64,000 bases of DNA from an uncultured Desulfobacter sp. (lineage in GTDB: Bacteria > Desulfobacterota > Desulfobacteria > Desulfobacterales > Desulfobacteraceae): positions 3,168,001 to 3,232,000 of the forward strand of contig OY762069.1 in the NCBI GenBank assembly GCA_963665095.1, read 5' to 3'. The translations under genes were made by a program, and so were the position numbers. Position 1 is the stretch's first letter. Every line of letters begins with the position of its first letter. Positions 33,200 to 44,790 of the stretch are shown in pieces. The notes below the pieces were generated by a model. That model was not told the origin of the DNA. It ran no database searches and saw only the letters and a program-made list of their open reading frames with translations.

Positions 33200-34375
33200 T
33201 TATTCCAGTGCTGCCACACCGGGAAGCACCTTCCCTTCCATCATATGCAGGAAAGCGCCGCCTCCCGTGGAAATATAGCTGACCTTTTCCGTAATACCGC
33301 ATTTTTTGGCTGCAAGCCCTGTATCACCGCCTCCCACAATGGAAAATGCATCCGATCCGGCAATGGCATCGGCAACTACCTTTGTGCCGGCAGCAAAACG
33401 ATCCATTTCAAACACACCCATGGGGCCATTCCAAACAATGGTACCGGCATCTGCCACAGCCATGGCATATGCTTTTGCACTCTCGGGACCGATATCCAGA
33501 GCCATCCAGTTGTCCGGAATCTCATCCAGGGACACCGTGCGGGTATCAGCATCCTTATCAAACCGGTCTGCCACAACAAGATCAGTGGGCAAAAGCAGTT
33601 TAATACCTTTACTTTCCGCCTGGGCCAGGATGTCTGACGCTGTAGACATCAGATCACTTTCAATCATGGAACCTTTAGTATCCACGCCTTTGGCAGCCAG
33701 AAAGGTATTGGCCATGGCACCACCGATAAGCATGCAGTCGACAAACTTGAGCATATTCTCAAGGGCAGCCAGTTTACTGGAGACTTTTGCCCCTCCGATG
33801 ACGACGGTAAGCGGCTTTTTGGGATGTTCCACGGAATCGTAATATGAACGAACCTCTTTTTCGAGCAGAAACCCCGCCACCGCCTCCTTTGCAAACCGGG
33901 TAATGCCGGTCACTGAAGCCTGATCCCGATGGGACACGGCAAAGGCGTTATTGACATAAATATCGCAAAGTTCGGCAAGGGATCTGGCAAAGTCAGGGTC
34001 ATTTTTCTTTTCTTCAGAATAGAACCGTAAATTTTCGAGCATTATAATCTGACCGGGCTTTAACTCATCCACGCGCTTCTGCACCTCGTCCCCTATGCAG
34101 TCATTCACAAATGCGACCTCAGTATCTAGAAGTTCGGACAGACGCACAGCAGCCGGTCGCAGACTGAACGTTTCATCCCGCCCGCCCTTGGGCCGCCCCA
34201 AGTGGGATGCCAGTATCAGTTTGGCACCTTTCTCAATAAGGTAGGTGATCAGATCCAGTGTGGCCCTGATCCGGTTATCATCCGTAATATTTCCGGCGTC
34301 ATCCATGGGCAGGTTATAGTCCACCCGAATGAACATTTTTTTCCCGCTCACCTCAATATCTCGAACAGATTTCAT
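33200..34375 (-). CDS. pgk: Phosphoglycerate kinase
   Basis: RVDYNLP, SHLGRP, LENLRF, STGGGA. Confidence 0.98.
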   Translation of the reverse strand: MKSVRDIEVSGKKMFIRVDYNLPMDDAGNITDDNRIRATLDLITYLIEKGAKLILASHLGRPKGGRDETFSLRPAAVRLSELLDTEVAFVNDCIGDEVQKRVDELKPGQIIMLENLRFYSEEKKNDPDFARSLAELCDIYVNNAFAVSHRDQASVTGITRFAKEAVAGFLLEKEVRSYYDSVEHPKKPLTVVIGGAKVSSKLAALENMLKFVDCMLIGGAMANTFLAAKGVDTKGSMIESDLMSTASDILAQAESKGIKLLLPTDLVVADRFDKDADTRTVSLDEIPDNWMALDIGPESAKAYAMAVADAGTIVWNGPMGVFEMDRFAAGTKVVADAIAGSDAFSIVGGGDTGLAAKKCGITEKVSYISTGGGAFLHMMEGKVLPGVAALE

Positions 34376-34676
34376 ATTTCCTCCTTAAAAATTATAAATC
34401 GTCCTGACATTACTGCCTGGCAGATTTATAACACGGTTTGAAAGAGAGCCTGTTTGGCCGGTGGACCCTCTCATTTCAAATATGACTCATCCAAAAGCTG
34501 GATTTTTTCCATTGGATTCTTGCTAACACAGAATAGACTGGAAACATGTACCTCCGGGGTCAGAACCCTTAAAGAATTCGCCGAAAACACATGATAACAC
34601 AATACGTGAACTCAATACGATTTTCAATAGTTTTGCTGAACCATACAAAAGCCAAATCAAACCAGTGGGTCACCTA

Positions 34677-34979
34677 CTACTTTTTCATCTTCAGGGTGCG
34701 ACGGTGAGCCTGTTTTTTGCGAGACCAGCGTTCCAGAAAGGAGATACTCCCTGCTTTTTCCGAACGTTCAATCACCTCTTCCTCAACCCGGACCCCGTCC
34801 TTTGTCCCCATGGCCGCTCTAAGGCATTTTGTTTTCACCGGACAGTGATAAAAACACGTTTCAGGCGTCTCCCTGAGCCCTTTGGGCCCCATGGGGAACA
34901 CTTTTTCAAGATTGCCAAAACAATCAGGCAGGTTGTCATTGCTGCCTTCCTCCCGGCTGTTGTTCTCACGGCTGCTCAT
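34677..34979 (-). CDS. Small Cys-containing hypothetical protein
   Basis: Four Cys (CFG...CFYHC...C), basic tail; start overlaps radC end. Confidence 0.7.
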   Translation of the reverse strand: MSSRENNSREEGSNDNLPDCFGNLEKVFPMGPKGLRETPETCFYHCPVKTKCLRAAMGTKDGVRVEEEVIERSEKAGSISFLERWSRKKQAHRRTLKMKK

Positions 34980-35697
34980 TATTGATCTGATCAAACTCCC
35001 TTTGAAAACGGGGCATCAGCCCCTGTGCTGCAAAACTGTAATACCCCTGGCTTCCGGTGATGATATGGTCATGCACATTGATCCCTGCAAACTTTAACGC
35101 AAAAAACAGAGTCCTGGTAATGCGGATATCCTGGACAGAAGGAGTGATCTCCCCGGATGGATGGTTATGGGCAAACACCACAGACGCTGCATTATGAGCA
35201 AGGCAGCGGGAAAGAACTTCCCTTGGATAAACAGCTGACGCTGTCAGAGTGCCGGTAAAAAGAATTTCCGATACCAGCACACGATTTTTGGCATCCAGAA
35301 AAATTCCTAAAAAATTTTCCCGGGTTTTGTAGCCGATGGCCTGATTTAAAAATGTGATCAGGCTGTCCGGGTCTTTTACCACATCCCTTTGAACCAGACG
35401 GGTTTCAAGGTACCGGTCTGCCACAGCCTTAATCAGATGTATGCCAAAGCTGTTGGCAGGTCCCACACCCTTTATCCGGCATAACGCCCCGGTATCTGCC
35501 TCCAGAACCCGGGGAAGCGTTTTAAATTCTTCAAGCAGATCTTTGGCAGCCTGTTTTGTATCTTTTCGTGGTGTATTAATATGCAGCAACAGTTCCAGAA
35601 CCTCATAGTCCTGGAACCCTGAAAGCCCGGCCTGAAGGAACCGTTCCTTTAATCGCTGCCGGTGCCCTGCCCCTTTATTCGTCGTCTCCCGGTTCAT
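34966..35697 (-). CDS. radC: RadC/JAB domain protein
   Basis: [10 protein letters not shown], HhH KGVG, VYPRE, HNHPSG...D, DHII; ATG at 35697 overlaps gyrA end. Confidence 0.93.
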   Translation of the reverse strand: MNRETTNKGAGHRQRLKERFLQAGLSGFQDYEVLELLLHINTPRKDTKQAAKDLLEEFKTLPRVLEADTGALCRIKGVGPANSFGIHLIKAVADRYLETRLVQRDVVKDPDSLITFLNQAIGYKTRENFLGIFLDAKNRVLVSEILFTGTLTASAVYPREVLSRCLAHNAASVVFAHNHPSGEITPSVQDIRITRTLFFALKFAGINVHDHIITGSQGYYSFAAQGLMPRFQREFDQINNEQP

Positions 35698-38218
35698 CCA
35701 CGTCGCTGTCCATTTCCGGATCATCAGACATGTCAGGATCCTGATCGTCCAAAACATCAGGGAGGTCCTGCAGGTCTGTATCCTCTTCAGGGTCGCGGTC
35801 ATCCTCAGGCAGGCGGGCAATCCCGATAAGGGCTTCGCCGCTGACCAGGTTAATGAGCCGGACACCCTGGGTATTTCTGGAGATCACATTGATGCCGCCG
35901 ATATCGGTGCGGATCAGTTTTCCCTTGTCTGTAACCATCATAAGTTCGTCATTGTCATCCACCAGAGCCAGGGCCACCATCTTGCCATTGCGTTTGGATG
36001 TTTTAATTGAAAAAACACCTTTTCCACCCCGGGACTGGCTTCTGTACTCATCAATGCGGGAACGCTTTCCATAACCGTTCTCCGTCACTGTCAAGAGGGT
36101 GTCTTCCTCGCCCAGAATCTCCATGCCAACGACCCGGGAACCCTCTTCGATACGCATACCCCGGACACCCATGGACCCTCGCCCCACTTCCCGCACTTCA
36201 CTTTCATGGAACCGGATCACTTTGCCGCCTTCAGAACCCAGGAAGATCTCCTGGTTGCCATCGGTAATCCTTGCGGCAATCAACTCATCCCCTTCAGCCA
36301 GCCTGACACCGATAAGGCCGCCTGCTCTGGGACGGGAATAGGCCATGAGATCCGTCTTTTTTACCCTGCCGGCCTTGGTGGCCATGATAACATAACGATT
36401 TTCGGTGAACTCATCCACAGTGAGTACAGTGGCCAGTTTTTCGCCCTCGTCAAAATTAAGCAGGTTGACAATGGCCTTGCCAAGGGAGGAGCGGCCTGCC
36501 ATGGGCAACTCATACACCTTGGACTGGTACACCTTGCCTAAATTGGTAATAAACAAAAAGGTCGCATGGGTAGACGCCACAAACAGATGCTCCACAAAAT
36601 CATCGGATTTTGTGCCCATGGCAGTTTTTCCCTTTCCGCCCCGGTGCTGGCTGACATAAAGCGACACAGGGTTGCGCTTGATGTATCCGGAGCGGGTCAC
36701 CGTCACCACCATATCCTCTTCGGCAATCAGATCTTCAATGGAGATCTCTGCCGTGCTCTCAATAATACGGGTGCGCCTGTCATCCCCGAACTCTTCATGC
36801 AGTTGTGTCAGTTCCTCCTTGATCAAACCTTTCACCACAGTTTCAGATCCCAGAATCTCTTTGAACCAGGCAATGTCCTTTAGCAGGTCCTGGTATTCGA
36901 TCTCTATTTTTTCACGTTCCAGTCCGGTGAGCCGCTGCAGCCGCATATCCAGAATAGCCTGGGCCTGAATTTCGGTCAGGTCAAAGGTATTCATCAGCCC
37001 GGTTCTGGCTTCCTCCGGCGATTGGGACGCCCGGATCAGGGCCACCACCTCATCAAGGTTATCCAGAGCCACCTTCAACCCTTCCAGGATATGGGCGCGC
37101 TCTTCAGCCTTGCGCAGATCATACCTTGTACGCCGGATAATCACATTGATCCGGTGGGCAATGAAATGGTTCAAAATCTCCTTCAGAGACAGCAGTTCAG
37201 GACGGTTATTGACCACGGCCAGAAAAATAATGCCAAAACTGGTCTGCATGTTCGTGTGCTTATACAACTGGTTGATTATCACCTCGGCAATCTGATCCCG
37301 CTTGAGTCCTACAGCGACACGCATGCCCTGGCGGTCGGATTCATCCCGGACATAGGAGACCCCTGTGATAACCTTGTCACGAACCAGCTCCGCAATCTTT
37401 TCCACCAGCTTGGCCTTGTTTACCTGGTAGGGCAATTCCGTGACCACGATGGTTTCCTGACTGTTTTTCTTATTTTCCTCCACCTCAACCTTGGCCCGAA
37501 GCGTGATAATGCCCCGGCCCGTATCATAGGCTTCAAAAATGCCCTTGGTTCCGTAGATATGACCGTAGGTAGGAAAATCAGGACCAGGAATATAAGACAT
37601 CAGCGCCCGTGTATCCATATCTGGATTATCGATCAACGATTTGAGCCCCTCAATGACCTCGTTGATATTATGGGGGGGAATATTGGTGGTCATGCCCACA
37701 GCAATGCCCGATGATCCGTTGACCAGAAGGGCCGGGAACTTGGTGGGAAGGACCGACGGCTCGTCCAGGGTTTCATCGTAGTTAGGGAGGAACTCCACAG
37801 TCTCTTTCTCAAGATCGGCCAGCATCTGGTGAGAAAGCTTGCGCATACGGATTTCAGTATAACGCATGGCAGCCGGTGAATCCCCGTCCACGGACCCGAA
37901 GTTACCCTGGCCGTCCACAAGCATGTACCGCAATGAAAAATCCTGGGCCATTCGGACAATGGTGTCATATACGGCAGAGTCGCCATGGGGATGATATTTA
38001 CCAATAACATCACCCACAATACGGGCGGACTTCTTATAGGGTTTGTTCCAGTCATTACGCAGCTGCTGCATGGCATACAGCACCCGCCGGTGAACCGGCT
38101 TCAAACCATCCCGGACATCAGGCAGGGCCCGACCGATAATGACACTCATGGCATACTCGAGATAGGACTGACGCATCTCCTTCTCGATACTGGTCACATT
38201 GCTTTCGTTTTGAATCAT
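35675..38218 (-). CDS. gyrA: DNA gyrase subunit A
   Basis: [14 protein letters not shown], GyrA box QHRGGKG, acidic tail. Confidence 0.98.
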   Translation of the reverse strand: MIQNESNVTSIEKEMRQSYLEYAMSVIIGRALPDVRDGLKPVHRRVLYAMQQLRNDWNKPYKKSARIVGDVIGKYHPHGDSAVYDTIVRMAQDFSLRYMLVDGQGNFGSVDGDSPAAMRYTEIRMRKLSHQMLADLEKETVEFLPNYDETLDEPSVLPTKFPALLVNGSSGIAVGMTTNIPPHNINEVIEGLKSLIDNPDMDTRALMSYIPGPDFPTYGHIYGTKGIFEAYDTGRGIITLRAKVEVEENKKNSQETIVVTELPYQVNKAKLVEKIAELVRDKVITGVSYVRDESDRQGMRVAVGLKRDQIAEVIINQLYKHTNMQTSFGIIFLAVVNNRPELLSLKEILNHFIAHRINVIIRRTRYDLRKAEERAHILEGLKVALDNLDEVVALIRASQSPEEARTGLMNTFDLTEIQAQAILDMRLQRLTGLEREKIEIEYQDLLKDIAWFKEILGSETVVKGLIKEELTQLHEEFGDDRRTRIIESTAEISIEDLIAEEDMVVTVTRSGYIKRNPVSLYVSQHRGGKGKTAMGTKSDDFVEHLFVASTHATFLFITNLGKVYQSKVYELPMAGRSSLGKAIVNLLNFDEGEKLATVLTVDEFTENRYVIMATKAGRVKKTDLMAYSRPRAGGLIGVRLAEGDELIAARITDGNQEIFLGSEGGKVIRFHESEVREVGRGSMGVRGMRIEEGSRVVGMEILGEEDTLLTVTENGYGKRSRIDEYRSQSRGGKGVFSIKTSKRNGKMVALALVDDNDELMMVTDKGKLIRTDIGGINVISRNTQGVRLINLVSGEALIGIARLPEDDRDPEEDTDLQDLPDVLDDQDPDMSDDPEMDSDVDEPGDDE

Positions 38219-38339
38219 CCTGAACTTAATGCTCCCGATTTAAATTTCTTTTTATGTACAAAAAATAAATATCTTTATTTACAGACAAACGGTGTCTGAC
38301 AATTTCTACTGCCCGGCCCAGCTTTTTAAAAAGGCCGAA

Positions 38340-39449
38340 TCACTTATCTATTTCATTCCAGGGCAGCTGACCTTTGTCCGGTTCCACCATGGCCTGAAAG
38401 CTTGAAAAATAAATATCAGCAAGCGTTAAAAACAAGGTGGCAATCAAAGGCCCGTAAATAATGCCTAAAATACCATACACCTTTAACCCGCCGATAATGG
38501 AAAAGAACACGATGAGCGGATGCATGGCCACCCGGTCCCCCACCACTTTGGGCTTGAAAATATACTCAATTCCCCACGACAGAATTGCATAAAAAACAAC
38601 AATGAAAATGCCTGTTCCAATGCTGCCTTTCAACAGAAAAAACAGGGCCGTGGGTAACAACACCACACCGATTCCAACAATGGGGAGAAAAGCTAAAAAC
38701 CCCATGACAACCCCCCATAAAAACGGGGAATTCAAATCCAGGAACCAGAACACCAAGCCCCCTGCCACCCCTTGAATCAGTCCGCCCAGGCCGTTGCCGA
38801 TGAGAACGGCACCAGCCATGTGGTTGAACTTTTCAAACAGTTTGCGGTCATGCTCATCCTTGAGCGGAGACAGGTCAAACAGATACTGCATAAACCGTTC
38901 ACCATCCATGAACATGTAAAAGACCACAATCAGCATCAGGCAGAAATAAAACACCAGATTTAACAGGTTGGAGGTAATAAACCTGGCCTGTTGAAACAGG
39001 GAAAACCCTAAATTTTTACCCACTTCGGTCAAGGGATCCACAAGTTCCCGCCAGGAGACCTGTGTATCAATACCGGCACTGGCTAAGAATTCGTTAATCC
39101 GCTCCAGGGCCCGGGTACTTTCCAGAAGATTGATCAGGTGGTTGGAGAACACGGCATCCCTGGCCATATTGTAAAGTCCCAGGGCTTCCCTGGAAAGAAT
39201 GCCCACAAAAAAGACCACCGGAATAAACACAATAAAAAACACAGCCAGGCAGGTGAGTACAGAAGCGACTCTTGTGGGCATAAAACCGGCCTGCCATTTA
39301 AACATGGGCTTGAAAATACCCGTAATGACGACGCCAAGAATAAGACTGGCAAAAAACGGGGTAATCAGTTTCCCCACAAGGAAAATGGCTATGCAAAACA
39401 GGGCCAGAAAAAAAAAGAATACTGCCCTTTGAAAAATATTCTGCTCCAA
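38340..39449 (-). CDS. AI-2E family transporter (TTG start)
   Basis: Multi-pass membrane protein; FLPIVG, KPKVVG, HPL...GG...G..G.IYGP. Confidence 0.9.
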   Translation of the reverse strand: MEQNIFQRAVFFFFLALFCIAIFLVGKLITPFFASLILGVVITGIFKPMFKWQAGFMPTRVASVLTCLAVFFIVFIPVVFFVGILSREALGLYNMARDAVFSNHLINLLESTRALERINEFLASAGIDTQVSWRELVDPLTEVGKNLGFSLFQQARFITSNLLNLVFYFCLMLIVVFYMFMDGERFMQYLFDLSPLKDEHDRKLFEKFNHMAGAVLIGNGLGGLIQGVAGGLVFWFLDLNSPFLWGVVMGFLAFLPIVGIGVVLLPTALFFLLKGSIGTGIFIVVFYAILSWGIEYIFKPKVVGDRVAMHPLIVFFSIIGGLKVYGILGIIYGPLIATLFLTLADIYFSSFQAMVEPDKGQLPWNEIDK

Positions 39450-39563
39450 ATAATGCCCACCTGGTGACCAAAGAGACTAAAAACAAGGTAAAGCCGCAAC
39501 ATGCAGAAGGGCTCCCCTCCTGCACAGGTGCGGCTTTATCTTAAAATGACGATATGCCCGGTG

Positions 39564-39719
39564 TTAACTGCTGATAATCCCCAGGGCAGCCAGCACCAGC
39601 AACACTTCCCAGACAATGACCTGGGTAAAGCTTCCAAAAAAATGGTAAACAATGCCACCGCCGACAATAGCCGGCACTGCCGTGTAAATCAGTATGCCCA
39701 GTTTGCGTGGAATATCCAT
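39564..39719 (-). CDS. Small two-helix membrane protein (51 aa, below ORF-track cutoff)
   Basis: MDIPRKLGILIYTAVPAIVGGGIVYHFFGSFTQVIVWEVLLVLAALGIISS; GAGGTG ribosome site. Confidence 0.7.
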   Translation of the reverse strand: MDIPRKLGILIYTAVPAIVGGGIVYHFFGSFTQVIVWEVLLVLAALGIISS

Positions 39720-39850
39720 GGTTTCACACCTCTTTTTTCAATTCAATTTCAATCAGTTATATCGCTAAAAAACCGCTTAAATTCTTACCATTTTACAGCC
39801 GTTAAGTAAAGGCTAACATAGCATAAATTCTTTCTTTTTACCGCTCAGCC

Positions 39851-41137
39851 CTATCGTTCAATAATCATGGCCATACCCATGCCGCCGCCAATGCACATGG
39901 TGATCAGACCGGTATTGTAGTCCTTTCTTTTCATGTGGTGGATGGCGGTGACCATCTGCCGGGCGCCGGTGCAGCCAATGGGATGTCCCAGGGAGATGCC
40001 TGAGCCAAGCTCATTGGGTTTTTCCACGGGGATATCCAGTTCTCTCATGCAGCCAATGGCCTGGGATGCAAAGGCTTCGTTCAGTTCGATCATATCGATA
40101 TCGGACATGGCCATGCCGGTCTGTTTGAGTACCCGCTTTACGGCTGGAATCGGCCCTAAACCCATGTATGCCGGATCAAGTCCGCCGGAGGCAAACCCTT
40201 TCACCTTTGCCAGTACCTCAAGCCCCAGCTCCCTGGCACGGTCTGCAGTCATCATCAGCACTGCAGCCGCCCCGTCATTAATCCCCGAGGCATTACCGGC
40301 GGTGACAGAGCCGTCCTTCCTGAAAGCCGGACGCAGTTTGGCCAGTTTTTCCATGCTGGTCTCCATGGGCCGCTCATCCTTGTCCACAATAATATCACCC
40401 TTACGGCTTTTAATAACCACCGGCACGATCTCCTGATCAAAGGTGCCGTCATGCACCGCACCAAAAGCCCGGGTGTGGCTCAAAAGCGCCAGTTCATCCT
40501 GCTCCTGCCTGGTAATGCCGTATTTTTCTACAATATTTTCTGCGGTCTGCCCCATGTGGTAGCCGTAAAATATTTCGTACAGACCATCGTATACCATAAG
40601 GTCATGAACCGGCCCCTGCCCGGTCAGTTCCATGCGGTGCCCCCATCTGGCCTTAAGCAGGGCCATGGGTGCATTGCTCATGCTCTCCTGGCCACCGGCC
40701 AAAATAACTTCAGCCTGGCCCGCCATGATGGCCTGGGCACCTAAGGCAATGGCTTTCAGCCCGGAACCGCAGATCTTATTAATCGTTGTGGCCGGCGTGG
40801 TGCGGCTGATACCGGAACTGATCATGGCCTGACGCGCCGTGTTCTGGCCCTGGCCCGCCTGGAGCACATTGCCCATGATCACTTCGTCCACATATATATC
40901 TTTCAGGTCATCAGCGTAGTCATAGCCGGATTTTTCAATGTCAATCATGCCCTGGTCTTTCAGGGACTGGGGGGTGAATTCGTCATTGCACGGATCCTGG
41001 ACCGGTTTAAGGCCGACGCGTTTGAAGACCTCTTTCATCACATATGTGCCCAACTCCACCACCGGTACACTTTTCAATGAGCCGCCAAAGGACCCCACAG
41101 CCGTTCTGGCACCGCTTACGATTACAACTTCTTGCAT
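39851..41137 (-). CDS. Acetyl-CoA C-acyltransferase (thiolase)
   Basis: NKICGSG, NEAFA, GHPIG, CIGGG. Confidence 0.96.
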   Translation of the reverse strand: MQEVVIVSGARTAVGSFGGSLKSVPVVELGTYVMKEVFKRVGLKPVQDPCNDEFTPQSLKDQGMIDIEKSGYDYADDLKDIYVDEVIMGNVLQAGQGQNTARQAMISSGISRTTPATTINKICGSGLKAIALGAQAIMAGQAEVILAGGQESMSNAPMALLKARWGHRMELTGQGPVHDLMVYDGLYEIFYGYHMGQTAENIVEKYGITRQEQDELALLSHTRAFGAVHDGTFDQEIVPVVIKSRKGDIIVDKDERPMETSMEKLAKLRPAFRKDGSVTAGNASGINDGAAAVLMMTADRARELGLEVLAKVKGFASGGLDPAYMGLGPIPAVKRVLKQTGMAMSDIDMIELNEAFASQAIGCMRELDIPVEKPNELGSGISLGHPIGCTGARQMVTAIHHMKRKDYNTGLITMCIGGGMGMAMIIER

Positions 41138-41260
41138 AGCATCCTCCAAATATGATTACCAAAATTTGATTGTTCCCAAACCACAGATTAGATATGCTTC
41201 AATAAAAAGAAAGCTCGGATTTCCATAACAAAATGGATACTAAAACACAAGGGAAACTCT

Positions 41261-42049
41261 ATGTGCCTGATCCTGTTCGATATTGACACATCAAAGGAAT
41301 TTAAACTGACACTAGCAGCCAACCGGGATGAATATTTTGACCGGCCCACCAGCCCCATGGCATTCTGGGAAGATGCCCCGCAGATTCTTGCAGGACGTGA
41401 TCTCAAAGCACTTGGCACCTGGTTTGGTGTCAGCAGAAACGGGCGGTTTGCCGCGTTAACCAATTTCCGGGATTTAACCCAGATAAAAACCAATGCCCCG
41501 TCCAGGGGAGAAATCATTCCACAGGCTCTGGAATTTAAAGGGCCTGTACCAACCTTTCTTGTAGAACTCCATAAAAAAGCGGACCAGTACAGTGGCTTTA
41601 ATCTGCTGACAGGTGAGGCCAAAGGCCCTTTCTTCTGGTATTCCAATCAGGACGGAAAAATTTTTGAGATACCCCCGGGCGTCCACGGATTGAGCAACCA
41701 TCTGCTGGACACCCCATGGCCCAAGGTCGCCAGGGGCATGAAAAACTTAAATTTGATTATAGAAAAGGAAAATGCAGATAAAAAAGCAGGGCCGGATGAG
41801 GCTTTTTTTGATCTTTTGTCCGATCGCACCCGGCCTGAGGACCATCTGCTGCCCGATACAGGTGTCGGTCTTGAATGGGAGAGAATTTTATCCCCGCTTT
41901 TTGTGTCAAGCAGCGTTTATGGTACCCGCAGTTCAACATTGATGCGGATTGACGCAAACGGGACCATCCGGGTCAGGGAACGGACTTACCCTTTAGTAAA
42001 TACAGATCTTCCTGAGGATCGCGAATTTATTGTGACACCCGGCTCTTGA
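41261..42049 (+). CDS. NRDE/TANGO2 family protein
   Basis: MCL start, ANRDE, GTW, YGTRSST. Confidence 0.93.
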   Translation: MCLILFDIDTSKEFKLTLAANRDEYFDRPTSPMAFWEDAPQILAGRDLKALGTWFGVSRNGRFAALTNFRDLTQIKTNAPSRGEIIPQALEFKGPVPTFLVELHKKADQYSGFNLLTGEAKGPFFWYSNQDGKIFEIPPGVHGLSNHLLDTPWPKVARGMKNLNLIIEKENADKKAGPDEAFFDLLSDRTRPEDHLLPDTGVGLEWERILSPLFVSSSVYGTRSSTLMRIDANGTIRVRERTYPLVNTDLPEDREFIVTPGS

Positions 42050-42092
42050 AAAATCTGAGGCCGGACATTTAAGACATTGGAAAAATAAGGCA

Positions 42093-44129
42093 TTAGAAAA
42101 ATTTTGTAAGCCGATTGCCCGGACTGATGTCGGGGCAACGGGATGTGCCGGGGGCAGTAACCTCATCCACAAGCAGGGCAATATCTTTGACCACACTCTC
42201 ACTGTCCAGCGCGGTCATGCCGTCGCCGAGCATGGTCATGCAGAAGGGACAGGCTGACGCCACAACGCCGGCCCCGGTATCAGCGGCCTGGCGGCTTCGA
42301 ACAACGTTGATCCGTTCACCTAAAGTCTCTTCCATAAACATGCGGCCGCCGCCGGCACCGCAGCACATGGCAAGATTTTTGTTATCAGCCATCTCCACAA
42401 GTGTTCCGGAACCATTGATGGCGTCCAGCACCTTGCGGGGAGATTCATAGATATCATTCCACCGGCCCAGATAGCAGGAGTCATGAAATGTCAGGATCTG
42501 TGCCAGATCGCCTGTAATCGTGAGTTTGTTGTTTTCAATCAGCTCACAGATAAAATCCACATGGGAGACCACCTTAAAATCAGCACCATATTCCGGATAT
42601 TCATTTTTAAGGGTGTTATAACAGTGGGGGCATCCGGTCAGGATCCTGTTGAACCGGTAGTTGTTCAGCGCCTCAACGTTTTCAGCAATCATCATCTGTG
42701 CCAGATACTCATTTCCGCACCGTTTTGCCATATCTCCGTTACACCTTTCTTCACTGCCCAGAATAGCAAAATCAACCCCTGCTTTCTTAAGAAGGGAGGC
42801 AATGGCTTTGGACGTTTTAATGGCCTTATCGTCAAAGGAGCCGGCACAGCCCACAAACCAGAGGATATCGGTCTCTTTCCTGTCAGCCATGAGCGGGACC
42901 TCCAGATCCCTGCACCAGTCAGCCCTGGCATCCGCACTGAACCCCCAGGGATTGGACTGGTTTTCAAGGTTGTTGAAGGTGTCCATCAGTTCGGCTGGAA
43001 ATTCCGCATGGGTAAGAACCAGGGCCCGGCGGATCTCCACCACCTTGGACACATGCTCAATGGTGGCAGGACAGACATTCTGACAGCCGCCGCAGGTGGT
43101 GCAGGCCCACAGTTCATCCTGTCCGATGGCTTCAAACAGGCTGGCCTCCGGATCATTCTGGGCAATATTGCCCAGGGTGTATATCATCTTCATGGGAGAT
43201 AACGGCTTGCCGGTGTTGAATGCCGGGCAGACATCCTGGCAGCGCATGCACGCGGTGCAGGCATCGGTGTCAAAAATATCTTTCCAGGTGAGTTCCGAAA
43301 GATTTGTGGCGCCAAAGGACTCCGCCTCTTCATCCTCAAGATCCAGGATAGACAGTTTGGCTCTAGGTTCAAGGTTTTCAAACACATAGTTCAGGAAGGT
43401 CATTATGATATGTTTTAAACGTGTAAACGGGATCAGCGCAAAAAAACCTGCCACAAGCACCATATGCGTCCACCAGAAAACCATGTGAAAACCGCGCAGG
43501 CCAGATTCGGTCATACCGGCAAAAGGCTGGGCAAACAGCAGCCCCACAGGCGACCAGTGACCAAGGGGGGTCCCAAGCTCCGTGGCTGCTATCCGGGTGC
43601 CCTCCACCAGGAACCCGGTCAAAAGAATCCCCATCAGCACGCCGTGTGCCGCAGAATCGGCAGAAGTCACAGGCAGCCCGTCCGCAGCTGTATAGCGGCG
43701 GACCAGAAGCCATGCCAGCATGGTCAGGCAGACAAGCCCTGCCACATCAAGTGCAAAGGAAAAAACCAGATAAAAGGGGCCGGTAAGAAATTTTACGCCC
43801 AAAAAAAGCGCTGTGAAATCCGCCTGCAGGAACACCAGGACCGTTCCAAGAAGCAGCACAGCAAAACCCCAGAAAAACAGGCCGTGGACCAGACCGTTTC
43901 CCGGCTTTCTCACCACTTTTTTCTGCAGAAACGCATTGGCCAGCGCTTTATATATCCGCTTGTCAAGCAGATCATTTCTCTGAAGGGGTCGTCCCTGGTT
44001 ATACATTTGAACGCGCTGTAACATATATTTGACCATCACACCGATGGCCAGAAGGGCCAACACATACATGGGGATCAGGGTAAAAGGGCCATGTCCCACA
44101 TTCCAGTAAAGTTCCCGGGTTAATTCCAT
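42093..44129 (-). CDS. Membrane-anchored Fe-S oxidoreductase (NarI-like membrane domain, two 4Fe-4S motifs, CCG domains; HdrD/FadF-like)
   Basis: CTACMRCQDVCP, CTTCGGCQNVCP, HDSCYLGR, CCGAGGG. Confidence 0.9.
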   Translation of the reverse strand: MELTRELYWNVGHGPFTLIPMYVLALLAIGVMVKYMLQRVQMYNQGRPLQRNDLLDKRIYKALANAFLQKKVVRKPGNGLVHGLFFWGFAVLLLGTVLVFLQADFTALFLGVKFLTGPFYLVFSFALDVAGLVCLTMLAWLLVRRYTAADGLPVTSADSAAHGVLMGILLTGFLVEGTRIAATELGTPLGHWSPVGLLFAQPFAGMTESGLRGFHMVFWWTHMVLVAGFFALIPFTRLKHIIMTFLNYVFENLEPRAKLSILDLEDEEAESFGATNLSELTWKDIFDTDACTACMRCQDVCPAFNTGKPLSPMKMIYTLGNIAQNDPEASLFEAIGQDELWACTTCGGCQNVCPATIEHVSKVVEIRRALVLTHAEFPAELMDTFNNLENQSNPWGFSADARADWCRDLEVPLMADRKETDILWFVGCAGSFDDKAIKTSKAIASLLKKAGVDFAILGSEERCNGDMAKRCGNEYLAQMMIAENVEALNNYRFNRILTGCPHCYNTLKNEYPEYGADFKVVSHVDFICELIENNKLTITGDLAQILTFHDSCYLGRWNDIYESPRKVLDAINGSGTLVEMADNKNLAMCCGAGGGRMFMEETLGERINVVRSRQAADTGAGVVASACPFCMTMLGDGMTALDSESVVKDIALLVDEVTAPGTSRCPDISPGNRLTKFF

Positions 44130-44341
44130 TGCTCTCTCCAGTTTAAATCAAAACGGACAGAAGGCTTACAAAAAATGCGTCCTGTCCGGTGTCAGCCGCT
44201 TCAGGCGTGGTCCTGTCTGAACTGCGGTTGACATTATCACAAAAACAGAAAGGTTTTACATAAAAAACCAATCTTTGTCACGTTTTTTCAAACCAAAGAG
44301 TCCTGTGATATAAACCCGTTGTAAACAGCAGTGGTTCTTTT

Positions 44342-44779
44342 TCAAACAGGGATACCACCCAGAGCCCCGCCCCCTTTTTTTGAAGGAATTTTGAGATTGA
44401 GCTCCTCAATTTTCTGCTTGATCATTTTTAAATTAAACGGCTTGATGAGGTAGTCATTGCATCCGGCCTGAACACAGGTGATAACCACGCTGCGTTCGGA
44501 TTGGCTGGTAACCATCAGTATTTTTGCACGGTTTTTTTCAGCCACTTTTTTTTCTTCCTCCAGCGACCTGATCTCCCAGAGCGTTTCCATGCCATCCATC
44601 CCCGGCATCATGACATCCAGTGTAATCAGGTCAAACGGCACCCAGTTTGCCCAGGCCTCTTTAAAAGCGTCCAGGGCCGCCTGTCCGGAGTCCACAGCCT
44701 GGCAATCCCCCAATGATGACATGATCTTCTGCAGCTTGGACCGGCTCACCAGCTCGTCATCAGCAATTAAAATCCTCAT
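44342..44779 (-). CDS. Single-domain response regulator
   Basis: IADD, LDVMMPGMDG, T and KPF. Confidence 0.92.
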   Translation of the reverse strand: MRILIADDELVSRSKLQKIMSSLGDCQAVDSGQAALDAFKEAWANWVPFDLITLDVMMPGMDGMETLWEIRSLEEEKKVAEKNRAKILMVTSQSERSVVITCVQAGCNDYLIKPFNLKMIKQKIEELNLKIPSKKGGGALGGIPV

Positions 44780-44790
44780 GAAATCCCCCT

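Noticed and set aside
39501..39809. 102-aa plus-strand ORF
   Set aside because: Antisense to the better-supported 51-aa membrane ORF; no motif.
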